Shown here piece after piece: positions 51,251 through 63,382 of a stretch of DNA of 64,000 nucleotides. Both the position numbers and the translations under genes were made by a program. Positions within the stretch are counted from its first letter, which is position 1; the number at the start of each line of letters is the position of its first letter. The notes under the pieces were generated by a model. The model saw only the letters and a program-made list of their open reading frames with translations, had not been told where the DNA came from and did not search any database. Location of the stretch: positions 37,709,802 to 37,773,801 of the forward strand of contig NC_069001.1 of the NCBI RefSeq assembly GCF_001194135.2. Direction: 5' to 3'. Source of the stretch: Octopus bimaculoides (Eukaryota).

Positions 51251-51641
51251 CAGTGTTTCTTTCAGTTAATTTTAAATACAACACAAAATTTATAAAAAGT
51301 GATTATCACTGGAACTTTGTTATAATGAGGTTATAAAAAATAACATAACACTTTTATTTATGCAATGCACAAGAGAGCATTAATGGAAAATTAGAAGAGA
51401 ATTTATTCACTGATTTGTCAAATAATAGAAAGAATTTTAGCCTTTCAGTTCTGAACATCACAGCTTTTATTAATAGTTTCAGAGATTTATTCCATTAAAT
51501 GAATGAGTGTCCATAATAATGTGCAAAGAGAAAAAGAATTTCTATGAGAATATACAATAGATACATAAAACAATGCAGAATCTTTAACACACTAGGCAAA
51601 ATGCTTTGCAGCATTTCATCCATTTCTACGTTCTGGTACAA

Positions 51642-53246
51642 TTACTGTTCTATATGAACATGCATGTGCTTAGTTAAGTTACATTTTTGAGTGAATGATT
51701 TACCACAGATATCGCAGCGGTGTGGCTTTTCCCCTGTATGAATACGTTTGTGAGTAGTTAACTCACCACTTGAACAGAATGATTTACCACAGACATCACA
51801 GTGATATGGCTTTTCTCCTGTATGAATACGTTTGTGAATAGTGACACTACTATTTGACAAGAATGGTTTACCACAGATGTCACAGTGATATGGCTTTTCT
51901 CCAGTATGAGTAAATTTGTGAGTGGTCAGAGTACTGCGATGTGCAAATGACCGACCACAGATACAACAGCTATGTGGTTTCTCTCCTGTATGAATGCGTT
52001 TGTGTCTAGTTAAAGTACCCTTCTGAGGGAATGATTTTCCACAAATATCACAGGAATAAGGCTTCTCTCCTGTATGAATACGCTTGTGCTTAATTAAATG
52101 ACCAATTCCTGTGAAAGATTTATCACAGACATCACACTGATGTGGCTTCTCTCCTGTATGAACACGCTTATGTTGAATTAAGTTATCAGCACCAGGAAAT
52201 GATTTACCACAGATGTTACAGTGATATGGCTTCTCTCCTGTATGCATACGTTTGTGTTTAATTAAATTACAACTTGTAGTGAATGATTTACAACAGAAAT
52301 CACAACAATATGGCTTCTCTCCCGTATGGATACGCTTGTGTGAAGATAGATAACCTTTACACGAGAATGATTTACCACAGATATCACATTGAGATGCTTT
52401 CTCTCCTGTGTGAATGCGTTTATGTGTATTTACAGCACTAAGTACAGAAAATGATCTCCCACAGATATCACAATGATATGGTTTTTCTCCTGTATGAACA
52501 CGCTTGTGAACATTTACTTCTGAACCATGAACGAATGTTTTTCCACAGATATCACAATGATATGGCCTCTCTCCAGTATGAAGACGTCTGTGTGTAGTTA
52601 AGGTAGAAGAATGTGAGAATGATTTACCACAGACATCACAATCATATGATTTCTCTCCTGTATGAATACGCTTGTGACTAGTTACAGAACTAGTGTTGGA
52701 GAATGATTTACCACAGATATCACAATGATATGGTTTCTCTCCTGTATGAATACGTTTATGTGTAATAAGGCTACCGCAATGTGTGAATGATTTACCACAG
52801 ATATCACAATTGTAAGATTTCTCTCCTGTATGAACACCTTTGTGGTTATTTAGAGAACTAAGTACGGAGAAGGATTTACCACAGATACCACACTGATATG
52901 GCTTCTCTCCTGTATGAACACGTTTGTGACTAGATAGGTCACTAGTCCGAGAGAAGGATTTATCACAGATATCACATCGATATGGCTTTTCACCTGTATG
53001 CATGCGTTTATGATAAGTTAAGTTAGCAAGTTGAGAGAAAAATTTACCACAGATATCACAGTGATATGGTTTCTCTCCTGTATGAATACGCTTGTGAACA
53101 GTTAAATGAGATTTTTTAAAGAATATCTTTCTACAGACATCACAGTGATATAATCGTTTTGCTTTCTCTCTCTTTTTATCACGAGCAAAGTCAATCTTTT
53201 TAGACTGTGTTTTATATTCAATGCCTGTCTCATGCATATTTTCCAT
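51642..53246 (-). CDS. C2H2 zinc-finger protein, 18 fingers
   Basis: The ORF track uses TTG 53312; the homologous ATG is at 53246. Acceptor ttttag|aatatc at 53589. Confidence 0.94.
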   Translation of the reverse strand: MENMHETGIEYKTQSKKIDFARDKKREKAKRLYHCDVCRKIFFKKSHLTVHKRIHTGEKPYHCDICGKFFSQLANLTYHKRMHTGEKPYRCDICDKSFSRTSDLSSHKRVHTGEKPYQCGICGKSFSVLSSLNNHKGVHTGEKSYNCDICGKSFTHCGSLITHKRIHTGEKPYHCDICGKSFSNTSSVTSHKRIHTGEKSYDCDVCGKSFSHSSTLTTHRRLHTGERPYHCDICGKTFVHGSEVNVHKRVHTGEKPYHCDICGRSFSVLSAVNTHKRIHTGEKASQCDICGKSFSCKGYLSSHKRIHTGEKPYCCDFCCKSFTTSCNLIKHKRMHTGEKPYHCNICGKSFPGADNLIQHKRVHTGEKPHQCDVCDKSFTGIGHLIKHKRIHTGEKPYSCDICGKSFPQKGTLTRHKRIHTGEKPHSCCICGRSFAHRSTLTTHKFTHTGEKPYHCDICGKPFLSNSSVTIHKRIHTGEKPYHCDVCGKSFCSSGELTTHKRIHTGEKPHRCDICGKSFTQKCNLTKHMHVHIEQ

Positions 53247-53744
53247 ATTTCTGCGTCTCTTACCGCAATGTACAGACGTGTCTCTTTCGATGTTATAATT
53301 TATTTTAAACAAATCCTTTAGTTAGTGAAATCTTTGTCAATATTCGAAGATGTTCAATTAAAATACAAAATCATCTTATGTTCATTCCAGACAGTCAAAG
53401 ACAGCATAAAATAGATCGACTGTGCGATTAATTTCAGTTCAGAACAAATATTTCCCAGTAATTCTACCATACATTTATATAATGAGGGTTACATCTGTTC
53501 TGTATGACGACTTCCGTTTGTCTTTAAGATGATAAATATTGATGGATCTCAGGTAAATAATTCTTTCATGCCAACGTCATCTGATATTCTAAAATAAAAC
53601 AGAACAAAATAAAATATAAAAGACACTTCAACTGAAGACATTTTACAACATTTCTTTTATATTGATAAACAGTAGATATAAACTTTTACATGAACTGGAC
53701 TCGTCCAACATAGCCATTATCGAAACTAAAAGGTAGAAATATAT

Positions 53745-53952
53745 TGTGGCCGTTTTCGTGCGGGTGACACGTAAAAGCACCCACTACACTCTCTGAGTGG
53801 TTGGCGTTAGGAAGGGCATCCAGCTGTAGAAACTCTGCCAAATTAGATTGGAGCCTGGTGTAGCCATCCGGTTGCACCAGTCCTCAGTCAAATCGTCCAA
53901 CCCATGCTAGCATGGAAAGCGGACGTTAAACGATGATGATGATGACGATGAT
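53745..53952 (+). mobile_element. RTE LINE 3' UTR copy with (GAT)n tail
   Basis: aaagcacccactacactc...ggcgttaggaagggcatccagctgtagaaac...ggacgttaaacgatgatgat. Confidence 0.7.
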
Positions 53953-54180
53953 AAATAGATTCTTAATTTGATGGCTGTGATTTGATTGAAGGTTTTGTTG
54001 ATTACAGCGACCTACTCTAAATGATAAGTGGAAATAATATCAAGAATGAAATATGCTCCCGGATCGGTATTTCCCTAATGAAAATAGTTTGATGTTCGCG
54101 AAACAAGAGGGAATATGTTTCTATGTCAATAAACGTCATCCACGCAGCGGATGTCCTATTTTGAATCCAGCAGACATAGA

Positions 54181-54464
54181 CGGTACTATTCAAGAAGAGC
54201 GGTCCCGGCGCTAGCTAGTTGTGACTAATCGAGCCTACAACGACTATCTAGCGCGAATGCGCAAAACATGTATGCGGGTTTTTTCTAAACAAACTAAATA
54301 ATTTTTTTGAAACAAAGTAAATAAAACACAAAGTAAATAATACTTTGTGTAAAAAAATTATTTACTTTGTTTAGAAAAAACCCCTCATAGGATCGACTAG
54401 TCACGACTAGCTAGCGCGGATGCGCGAGTACGCGCACCGGGACCACTCTTCTTGAATAGTACCG
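54181..54464. mobile_element. MITE/foldback element, 28-bp outer TIR, probable 3-bp AGA TSD
   Basis: cggtactattcaagaagagcggtcccgg / ccgggaccactcttcttgaatagtaccg, flanked by aga on both sides. Confidence 0.8.
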
Positions 54465-54699
54465 AGATGGACAAAGACACTGCCTCATATCGAAAGAATA
54501 CCGCGAAGAGTTTTGGCTGCTATTTCTTACAAGCGGAGCGAGTACAGAAGTTAAGTAGATATTAAATTTGGGCGGGAAGTGAAGCAAGAAGAATTGTTAA
54601 AAAAGTGAAATTATAAATTCTCAAACGAAAAACGAATCTGTCAGATGTAGAGTGATCATTCGTTTGAGTTTTGTTAATGTTTAAATAGTTTTAATCATT

Positions 54700-55050
54700 G
54701 ATTTCAGATTCTGTAATGGAGTGGAGAATATCGATCTCTGAGTATCAACACCAAAATCACTTGAAATCAGCGATGTTGGACAAAAGTTTGTCAAGTTTAG
54801 ATGCTACAAATAAAGGTATAAATGGTGACTAAATAACGTACAGAAGTGACCTTAAAAATTACAAACTTTTAATTTGTGTTAAGATATGGGGAAATTACGA
54901 TTATTGGAATTGAGGGTGCAAAGGGAAACAGTGAAAGTATTAAGAGAAGAATCGTTAATGTCAGTTAAAGCAAATTTATCAACTCACTTATATATGTGAC
55001 AGCCTGCTGTATGGGGATTAAGACAACATCGTTACTTCAAGAAAATTCCC
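54700..55050 (-). promoter_or_regulatory. Partial module, copy i: intron block only, exon-1 part absent
   Basis: Reverse complement of gaagtaacgatgttgtcttaatcccc...gagttgataaatttgctttaactgacatt...cttaacaca. Confidence 0.6.
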
Positions 55051-55576
55051 ACTTCAACTGCATCAAGATAATGTACCTCTATGGGGATGATATTTAAATT
55101 TGTTTTGTTCTTGGTAAAGTAGAAAGAAAGAACCACATGGAATAATTAGAAGCAACACAAATGGTAAATGGCTGGCATCGCGGTTTTAATTGTTAAAAAA
55201 GATTTTAAAAACTAGAGAATATATAAAAACTTCATGGTTTAAGTGAAATACTGAAACGAAATTCATAGTGTTACCGACTAACTTCGTCACCACAAAATTT
55301 CAGGTCTTTTGCTTATAATAAAAAAAAGGATTATTATGCCGACTACCCCGCTGTTCTTCTACACCTCTTCGCTTTTTCTGCACTATTAGCCATATCGTCA
55401 CCCAAATTATGTGTCATTGGTCACCTCTTCACAGCAACTGGACACAGTCGTCATAAATATTTGACGTTGCAACGCCTCTTTTCCAGTCACTCTCACACAT
55501 AACTGAAATTACACATTCCCCTGATCCTCTATCTGTCACCACTCATGTCTATAGAAGAGAATTAGAACACATACAA

Positions 55577-56212
55577 ACAGATGGAAGAAATTTTTGGTAA
55601 ATTTCTATATTAACACCCGCACGATTTTCACTAAAAAAAAAAAAACCCGGATTTTTGTGTAGAATCAAGTACCTTGACCTAATATGCTGCAAATCCCTTA
55701 TTTTGGTTCGGAAGAAGTGGGGGCACCATCCCGGTATCATCGGAATTTTTTTTTTTTTTTTGAATAAATTCCTGTGACCTAATATGCTACAAAAACCTTT
55801 TTTGAGGTCCGAAAAACGGGGGTGGGGTGAGGTCGAAGCCTCGGAAATTTCACCCCACCCCCATCGATCTTTTCGCCTGCACGATTTTCACTAAGGAATA
55901 AATAAATAAATAGATAAAAATTGCCCCCGTGTGTGCGGACGGGGGTGGAGAAAGATGAACGATTTAAAAGAAATAAATAAGGGATTTAAAATAAATATAT
56001 CTTAATTGTGTGAGAAAGTATATATATATATTCTGATGACAAAATATAGTATCTTTTAAAATCACCCTAAATTTATAGATTATATCTTGTTTGTTTAAGA
56101 AAAAATGAACATTTTACAGGAATACATTTTCCAGAGTAAAAAGTCCGACTTTTTTTTTTTTCTTAGTGAAAATCGTGCGAGTGTTAATATAAAAATTGAC
56201 CAAATTTTCTAT
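55577..56212. mobile_element. Foldback/MITE-like element with ~70-bp imperfect TIRs
   Basis: tattaacacccgcacgattttcacta / tagtgaaaatcgtgcgagtgttaata, with internal direct repeats gacctaatatgct. Confidence 0.65.
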
Positions 56213-56708
56213 TTCGTTTTAAGTAGGGGAAATAAGAAGTCGATCACCGTCTCCGAGAAGTCTGCAGTCACGCCCTTCGTTTACAGTAAGTTGTTATACC
56301 CTCTCAACTCTTTTCTACAATAGTATAATAATTGATAAAAAATACATCTTATTTTATATTGAGCACGAAAAGTGCGACGCAGTGTCAAATGATGTTGATA
56401 GATGGAAACTGTCTTTACCTAATATAAAACAACGCGTTTTAATCGTCGGACACTTGTGATTATTGTTTGAATAAAATTTATCATAAACCATTCCAAAGAA
56501 AATAGAACAATTTCCGAAATTTATTGTCTGCAATGTGTACAAGATGATTTCATTTTCTAATTAAAGTTGGATTGCAAAGAAGTTTGCAGCATCTTTACAT
56601 ACTAATGAAGAACGCAGTTGCTGAAAATATAGAAGAAATATTTGTTTGGAATAAAAGTTAAAATAGAAAAATACATCTTTTATTTTGAGAAAGGGAGGAA
56701 GTAAAGCG

Positions 56709-57473
56709 ATGGAAGACGAAGGCTGTGGGAAGAAGATTAAATATGAAAAACAATTTAAAAGAATTGATTTTCCTGATGATAAAAAGAAAGCTAAAGAAAA
56801 AACGTTTTATCAGTGTGATACCTGTGGAAAGTCATTTACTCGAAGAGGTAACCTAACTACTCACGAACGTAGTCATACTGGAGAGAAACCATTTCCCTGT
56901 GATGTCTGTGGTAAAGCATTCTCTCAAAAAGGTAACCTAACTGCACACAAACGCACTCATACAGGAAAGAAGCCCTATCGCTGTGATACCTGTGGTAAAT
57001 CATTCTCTCAAAACACTGTCTTAACAAAACACAAACGCATTCATACAGGAGAGAAGCCATATCACTGTGACATCTGTGGACAGTCATTCTCTATAGATCA
57101 CAATTTAACTAATCACAAACGTATTCACACAGGAGAGAAGCCATATCTCTGTAATATCTGTGGTAAATCATTCTCTCAAAGCAGTGTCTTAACAAAACAT
57201 AAACTTATTCATACTGGAGAGAAGCCATATCATTGTAATATCTGTGGCAAATCATTCTCTCACAAAGGTAACTTAGTCACACACAAATACACTCATACAG
57301 GAGAGAAACCATATCGTTGTAATATTTGTGGTAAATCATTCTCTATAAATTTTAATTTAAGTACTCACAAACATATTCATACTGGAGAGAAACCATATTA
57401 TTGTGATATCTGTGGTAAATCATTTTCTCATAAAGGTACCTTGACTAAACATACACTTATTCATAAACAGTAA
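56709..57473 (+). CDS. C2H2 zinc-finger protein, 8 fingers
   Basis: Intact ORF; ATG at 56709 (track uses TTG 56685). The canonical acceptor region is missing. Confidence 0.88.
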   Translation: MEDEGCGKKIKYEKQFKRIDFPDDKKKAKEKTFYQCDTCGKSFTRRGNLTTHERSHTGEKPFPCDVCGKAFSQKGNLTAHKRTHTGKKPYRCDTCGKSFSQNTVLTKHKRIHTGEKPYHCDICGQSFSIDHNLTNHKRIHTGEKPYLCNICGKSFSQSSVLTKHKLIHTGEKPYHCNICGKSFSHKGNLVTHKYTHTGEKPYRCNICGKSFSINFNLSTHKHIHTGEKPYYCDICGKSFSHKGTLTKHTLIHKQ

Positions 57474-57589
57474 CTGATGAATATAGTATTTAGACAGTAG
57501 TTTAAATACAATGCTGCATATACCCTTATTAATCAGATTTTTAGAATTATTTCTCTGTATAACCAGTGATTATATGAATAGTGGCATAT

Positions 57590-57720
57590 ATATAACGCCA
57601 GGGAGGTTATGTTTTTGCTGATGTTGGTTATAGAAATTGGGCGATTTTCAGCATGTGTGTATATAGGTGGAAATGAGCTACTTGGCAGTGGTCTGCACTC
57701 TCCAAGTGCTTTTCTAGTTC
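57590..57720 (+). mobile_element. Helentron/HINE-like short remnant
   Basis: acgccagggaggttatgtttt...ttggcagtggtctgcactctccaagtgcttttctagtt. Confidence 0.35.
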
Positions 57721-59749
57721 AAAATAATATTTCTATGTATTTTTATCTGCTGTTTACTATTATAGAAAAGAATTAACCAGACAATATTCATAAGTTCATA
57801 ACACTTCCAAAGGCCAGATGGAATCTGTTGAGGCTGCAGATTTTCTACTGCTGTGTTGTTCCTGTTGCTAAGCCTCAACACTTTCCAAGCAACTTAATAT
57901 TTTGTTGCAGCCCTTCATTATTTTCAAGGGGAACAGAAACAAACAGCTTCGCTTGTGTGATAGTGATGCCCACCTTCGTAGTGTCAGGAATGGTACACAC
58001 ACATGCACACTTACCATTGTATTAACCAGAAAATTGGGTGTTGTTATACCACTGGTCAGTATGTTTCCCTTGTTGTAGCCTTCAGTTTGATGCTGGGCAG
58101 ATGCACAGGCTGACAATCGCACTGAATAATGTTGCTAGTCTGTCGTGGCATTACTCATTTGCAGTTGAATGAACTGGAGCAATATAAAATGAAGTTTTTC
58201 TTGAAGAACACAAAGCACTATCAGTCTTGGAATTGAAACCATGAACTTGCTATTAGTGGAACACCCTAACCGCTAAGCCATACCATATCTACTCCTAAGG
58301 ATTTTGTGAGCCTAAGATGTCACTCAGACTAAATCTGAGACCATGTGATTGGGAAGTAAGCCTCAAAGCACACAACTATGTGTGATAGTATAATTTTGCA
58401 TATGAGCTTCGCTTTATTTTAAGCAAATGATACCATGTTGCATATGGATCGGTTCTTTAGCATTCATTTGAGAATTGGCACAATATGCAATAGAAGGAAT
58501 GCTGTTAGGCTTTAAACTTTCTTTCAATCCATTATTTTACAAGAAACATCAATATGAATACCATCCTATGTTCTGAAATTGGTGTATTGTTTTGGTCATA
58601 AGTTTTGTTGATCAAATTCATTGTTTTACTTGCTTATTCTGTGTGATTTCCAGTGATATTATGTTTATAATATTTGTAAAATTTATATATACATAGATGC
58701 AGGTTTGGCTCTAGGGATGAATGCCATGACATGACATTTCAGGAAGCTTGTGAGTGGATCTTGTTGGCAAATACTGAAAGAAGCCCATTGTGTGTGTGTG
58801 TGTTATCGAGTTAGAAAATGTACCCTCATTGTCCTTTGTACACGCTAATGATTTTCCATATAAGGTATCTAAAATGCAAGATAATATATTTATATATGGT
58901 TTGTAATTTTGTTTGTGAAATGAAACAATTTTAGATGAATATGTTAATTAATAAATTAATTTGTATCCAGATCTCTGTTTTATAACTTGATAATAATGTT
59001 TGATATTTTATATCATATATTTGTTGAAGAGATAACTCTTCAAAATATAATCTATTAAACCAGTGTATCTTGGATAAATATTCCCTATAAAACGCTTAAA
59101 TATCCTCATTGTGACAAATATATAGATATATGAATTTGGGCATGTTTGTGTTTCTTTGTCCTAACATTTCAGGATAGTTGTAGACAAGCTTCTCTATCAT
59201 ACAAGTGTTTGTTTCTGACCTTCCATGAAAATATGTCTGGCTATCAAGAAATATTACCTTGTTTGGAAACAAGTGAAGGATGCCAAGAGGAAAATCTGCC
59301 TCAACAAATTCCATTTGATTCATGCAAGCAAAGCAAAATGGACATTAAAACGATGACAATAATGATCCGCAAAACAATTTCCCCCCCTGTAGAATTAATG
59401 AAACAAATGATGTGTCTAATAATCTTAGTTTTCATCATACTTTTGATATTTTCCTGTTGAAACTTGATTTCATCTTCCATTTCTTGTCTCACATTATAAG
59501 AAAAATCAAGTTTTGTTGAACTTTTTTTTGTCTTCAGCTGTGTGACTTTTTTTTATTCCCAGCTCCATTTCAATAGAATGTGTTGCAATCCTACACACAT
59601 AATGGAAAGCCAATTAATGCTAATTACCAATAATCTTGATGTCTTTTAATTACAACATTTTATTTTATTGAAATGTATGATGTTCTTTCTTGAAAATTTT
59701 ATTTCTCCATTTATTACAGAATAAATGACATTTTAACCCCATTTATTTG

Positions 59750-61320
59750 TATTGTTGTTGGCATCCCATAATCATCACAATTTTCTCTATCAATCTTCAC
59801 AACACTAATTCACATCCCTACCTTGCAGTGAACCAAATCAGAACAAGCTGGAGCTCACCTTCTGATGAGCCAGGTAACACAGTGTATGTCAATAAATATC
59901 AGCCAACTGATCTACCACCCACCGACTGCAATACCATTCCCACAATGGTTGCACACCATGGATTTCTAGCTCTGAGATCAGGGTATCTCTCCAAGTTGAG
60001 TCACCACTTCTCTGCATTCAGAGGTCATGGTTTCTATACTATGGACAAGCGATTACTGTTGCAAAAAAGAATCACTAGACAGATTCTTCCAGCTAACTTT
60101 ATCTTTCCCTCTTCCACCCACTCTCTCTCTCTGTTGTAAAGAAGATATTCCACCTGATAGTTTATTGTAGACTTTCCTCCATTGCTGAAAGTTCGTTGCT
60201 AGTTCTCTCAAGCAGTTAGGGCAGTGACCTTGTCAGTTACAAACCTTTCAATAGTGACCAGATCCACACAGCACATACTTTAAGAGCCCTAATCATGGAG
60301 ATATTTTCAGGAAGTTGGAGGCCAAAACGAGAGAAGATAACCAGTACCCAGATATGGGTGTGGTACTCCATTCTAGGGCTAATTTGAGCTTTGTTGAGGT
60401 TCAGTGACTGATCAAAGTTGATATGTTTTCTGGCCCTAAAGAGGAAGGTTAGACCCTGAGATATCATTTCAGCTATGTTATAGATGTAGGCTCAGGTCTC
60501 CTTTGAACTTGGATACACATTGTAACATAACTAAATACCACAAGACATTATGCTGATGCTCCACCGATTCTGCTAATTTACCAACTTTTCTTTGTTACCC
60601 TTATTGCTGCTGAGATATGTTTTTATTTCAATTCCTTTTTTTTTTTTTTTCAAAAAATGAAGAACTTAGCAAAATGAGTTTGCATTTGGGACATAACAGA
60701 AAATTTTGATGGAAGATTTAAATATTGTAGAAAGAGCATCGTGCTCATTGTCATGAAAAAGGCTAAATTTATTTGATTTTTGTACTTTAAACAAGTTTTT
60801 AAAAACTGAATTAAGAAACTCAGTTATCTCCCCTTGAATGCATGAAAATGTTCACTAAAAACTAATTGGAAAAGATAGTTTAATGTGATTGTTTCTATAT
60901 TTTCTCTTTGTTTTACTTTTTATAGCATTAAATGGGATGTTTTAGTAAAATAAGTGTTCGTTTGATGCTAAGGGACTGAGGGGATCCATTTGGAGTAACC
61001 AATGTTTGCCCCTCTTGACAGTCATGCGACTGGACTGCAACAACAGAGAAGAGAGAGACCTCTTGGTCTTAGTAGGGGTTAACTAATGTGGACTTCCAGC
61101 AAGACAATTATTATCTCCTTGCTACTGAGATGCACTATTAATCACCTGAGTCAAAAATAAATTATAATAGGACAACTCAAGAACATCTTTAGCAATTCTA
61201 AAAAAAATATTGAAAGTACATCAGAGTGAAAGTTAAAGACGTGAAAAACCTCAGAAGTGGCTGTCTGATTCATGTTACAAAATGACACCAAATACAAATG
61301 GAATATCAGAGACTACAGAA
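59750..61320. mobile_element. Degraded I/Nimb-like LINE ORF1 fragments
   Basis: Minus-strand zinc-knuckle remnants (LCGSGH, CPNCL) near 60200-60300; plus-strand VKDVKNLRSGCLIHV near 61230-61290. Confidence 0.35.
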
Positions 61321-62029
61321 CCAATGTCAATGGAATAATCCAGATATCAAATGATGATTTGACAATGAGGATATGATATGGTGAGGTTTTTAAAAAATTT
61401 TTTTTGACACCAGTTTCTTATCGCTAACATACTCTACAATATAATGAGAACACATTTCTCAGTTATTTACCCACAATTAATCAACTGTATCTTTATTCTG
61501 GGAATAAAATTACACACATACATATATATTAAAGAATGATTTTATTAAGAAAATCACAGTTCTAAGTTACCTGACTAATATAGAAATAGTTGTGATTATA
61601 TAGTGTTGGGAAATTTGTGAGCACACTCTTACAACTTCCTTCCAGTGGCAATATATTTATTATATATTTTTACCATCAATGGATTCTGTTATGGTAAGTA
61701 CAGCAGAGCAACAAGTACAACTTTGATTTTGGTAATTCTATTAATCATTTCATTCTTCTTGTTCGTTAATCTAGTGATTCTATAAATATTGTAAAATATA
61801 TCAGTAATCATAAAACGAAGATTCACAATTGAGAAAAAAAAGGGAAAATGAATTCAATCAAGATATGATATTTTTTTATGGAAGTAGGGACATTGTCCCT
61901 TAATGATAATATAAAATAAATCCCTGGGAAAATATAAATACTCAAAATTATTAGCTATACAGACAAGAATAAGGAAAACAAAATTAAATAAAAATTAAGT
62001 ATAGTTAAAGAAATAGGATACGAGTTGAT

Positions 62030-63382
62030 TTACTCTTCTATATGAATGCACACATGTGTAAAGAAACGTTTCTGAGAGACTGATTCACCACAGATTTCAC
62101 AGTGATATGGTTTCTCTCTTTTATGAATGCGTTTGTGTTTAGCTAGGTCACAATTTTGAGAAAATGATTTATCACAGATATCACAGTGATATGGTTTCTC
62201 TCCTGTATGGATACGTTTGTGTTTAGTTAAATCACCAGTTCTAGAGAATGATTTATTACATACATCACAATGATATGGTTTCTCTCCTGTATGAATACGT
62301 TTGTGTTTAGTTAAATCACCAGTTCTAGAGAATGATTTATTACATATATCACAGTGATATGGCCTCTCTCCTGTATGAATGCGTATGTGTTTAGTTAAGT
62401 CACTACTGCCACAGAATGATTTACCACAGATATCACAATGATATGGCCTCTCGCCTGTATGAATGCGTTTGTGTTTAGTCAAGTCACCACCTCCAGAGAA
62501 TGATTTACCACAGACATCACAGTGATAAGGCTTCTCTCCTGTATGAATACGTTTGTGCTTAGTCAAATAACTACTTCCAGAGAATGATTTACCACAGATG
62601 TCACAGCAGAATGGCTTCTCTCCTGTATGAATTCGTTTGTGTTTAGTTAAGTCACTACTTTGAGAGAATGATTTATCACAGATATCACAATGATATAGCT
62701 TCTCATTTGTATGAATACGTCTGTGTTTAGTTAAGTAACTTCCATCAGAAAATGATTTATCACAGATATCACAGTGATGTGGCTTCTCCCCTGTATGAAT
62801 GCGCTTGTGTGTAGATAAGTGATCGTTTCGAGAGAATGATTTACCACAGATATTGCAGTGATATGGCCTTTCACCTGTGTGAATACGTTTGTGTTTAGTT
62901 AAGTCATAATTTTGACAGAATGATTTACCACAGATATCACAGTGATATGGTTTCTCTCCTGAATGAATACGTTTGTGGGTAGTTAAGGCCCCATTTTCAG
63001 AGAATGATTTGCCACACATATCACAGTAATATGGTTTCTGTGCTGTATGAATGCGCTTATGTTTAGTTACAGCACTGATCCCATAAGAGAATGATTTGCC
63101 ACAGATATCACACTGATATGGCTTCTCTCCTGTATGAGTGTACTTGTGTCTTGTTAAGTGACTGCTAGCATAAAATGATTGACCACAGATATTACAATGA
63201 TAGGATTTCTCTCCAGTATGAATACGCTTGTGAATATTTAGGTTATGTTTACGAGGAAATGACTTTTTACAGACATCACAGAGATATGGTTTTTGACTCT
63301 CCTTTTTCATGTCATCAGAAAAATCAATGCTTTCAGACTGCGTTTCACATTCAACCTTGTTATCATATAATTCATCTTCCAT
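62030..63382 (-). CDS. C2H2 zinc-finger protein, 14 fingers plus 1 shortened
   Basis: ORF of 450 aa; acceptor tttcag|aacatc at 63950. Confidence 0.95.
   Translation of the reverse strand: MEDELYDNKVECETQSESIDFSDDMKKESQKPYLCDVCKKSFPRKHNLNIHKRIHTGEKSYHCNICGQSFYASSHLTRHKYTHTGEKPYQCDICGKSFSYGISAVTKHKRIHTAQKPYYCDMCGKSFSENGALTTHKRIHSGEKPYHCDICGKSFCQNYDLTKHKRIHTGERPYHCNICGKSFSRNDHLSTHKRIHTGEKPHHCDICDKSFSDGSYLTKHRRIHTNEKLYHCDICDKSFSQSSDLTKHKRIHTGEKPFCCDICGKSFSGSSYLTKHKRIHTGEKPYHCDVCGKSFSGGGDLTKHKRIHTGERPYHCDICGKSFCGSSDLTKHIRIHTGERPYHCDICNKSFSRTGDLTKHKRIHTGEKPYHCDVCNKSFSRTGDLTKHKRIHTGEKPYHCDICDKSFSQNCDLAKHKRIHKREKPYHCEICGESVSQKRFFTHVCIHIEE

Noticed and set aside
3441-58290. tRNA genes
   Set aside because: The A/B-box-like heads continue into SINE bodies and have no complete cloverleaf.
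353-63382. CRISPR-like or prokaryotic repeat array interpretation of the periodic DNA
   Set aside because: The periodicity is the 84-bp coding zinc-finger repeat in a eukaryotic genome; there are no repeat-spacer units or cas genes.
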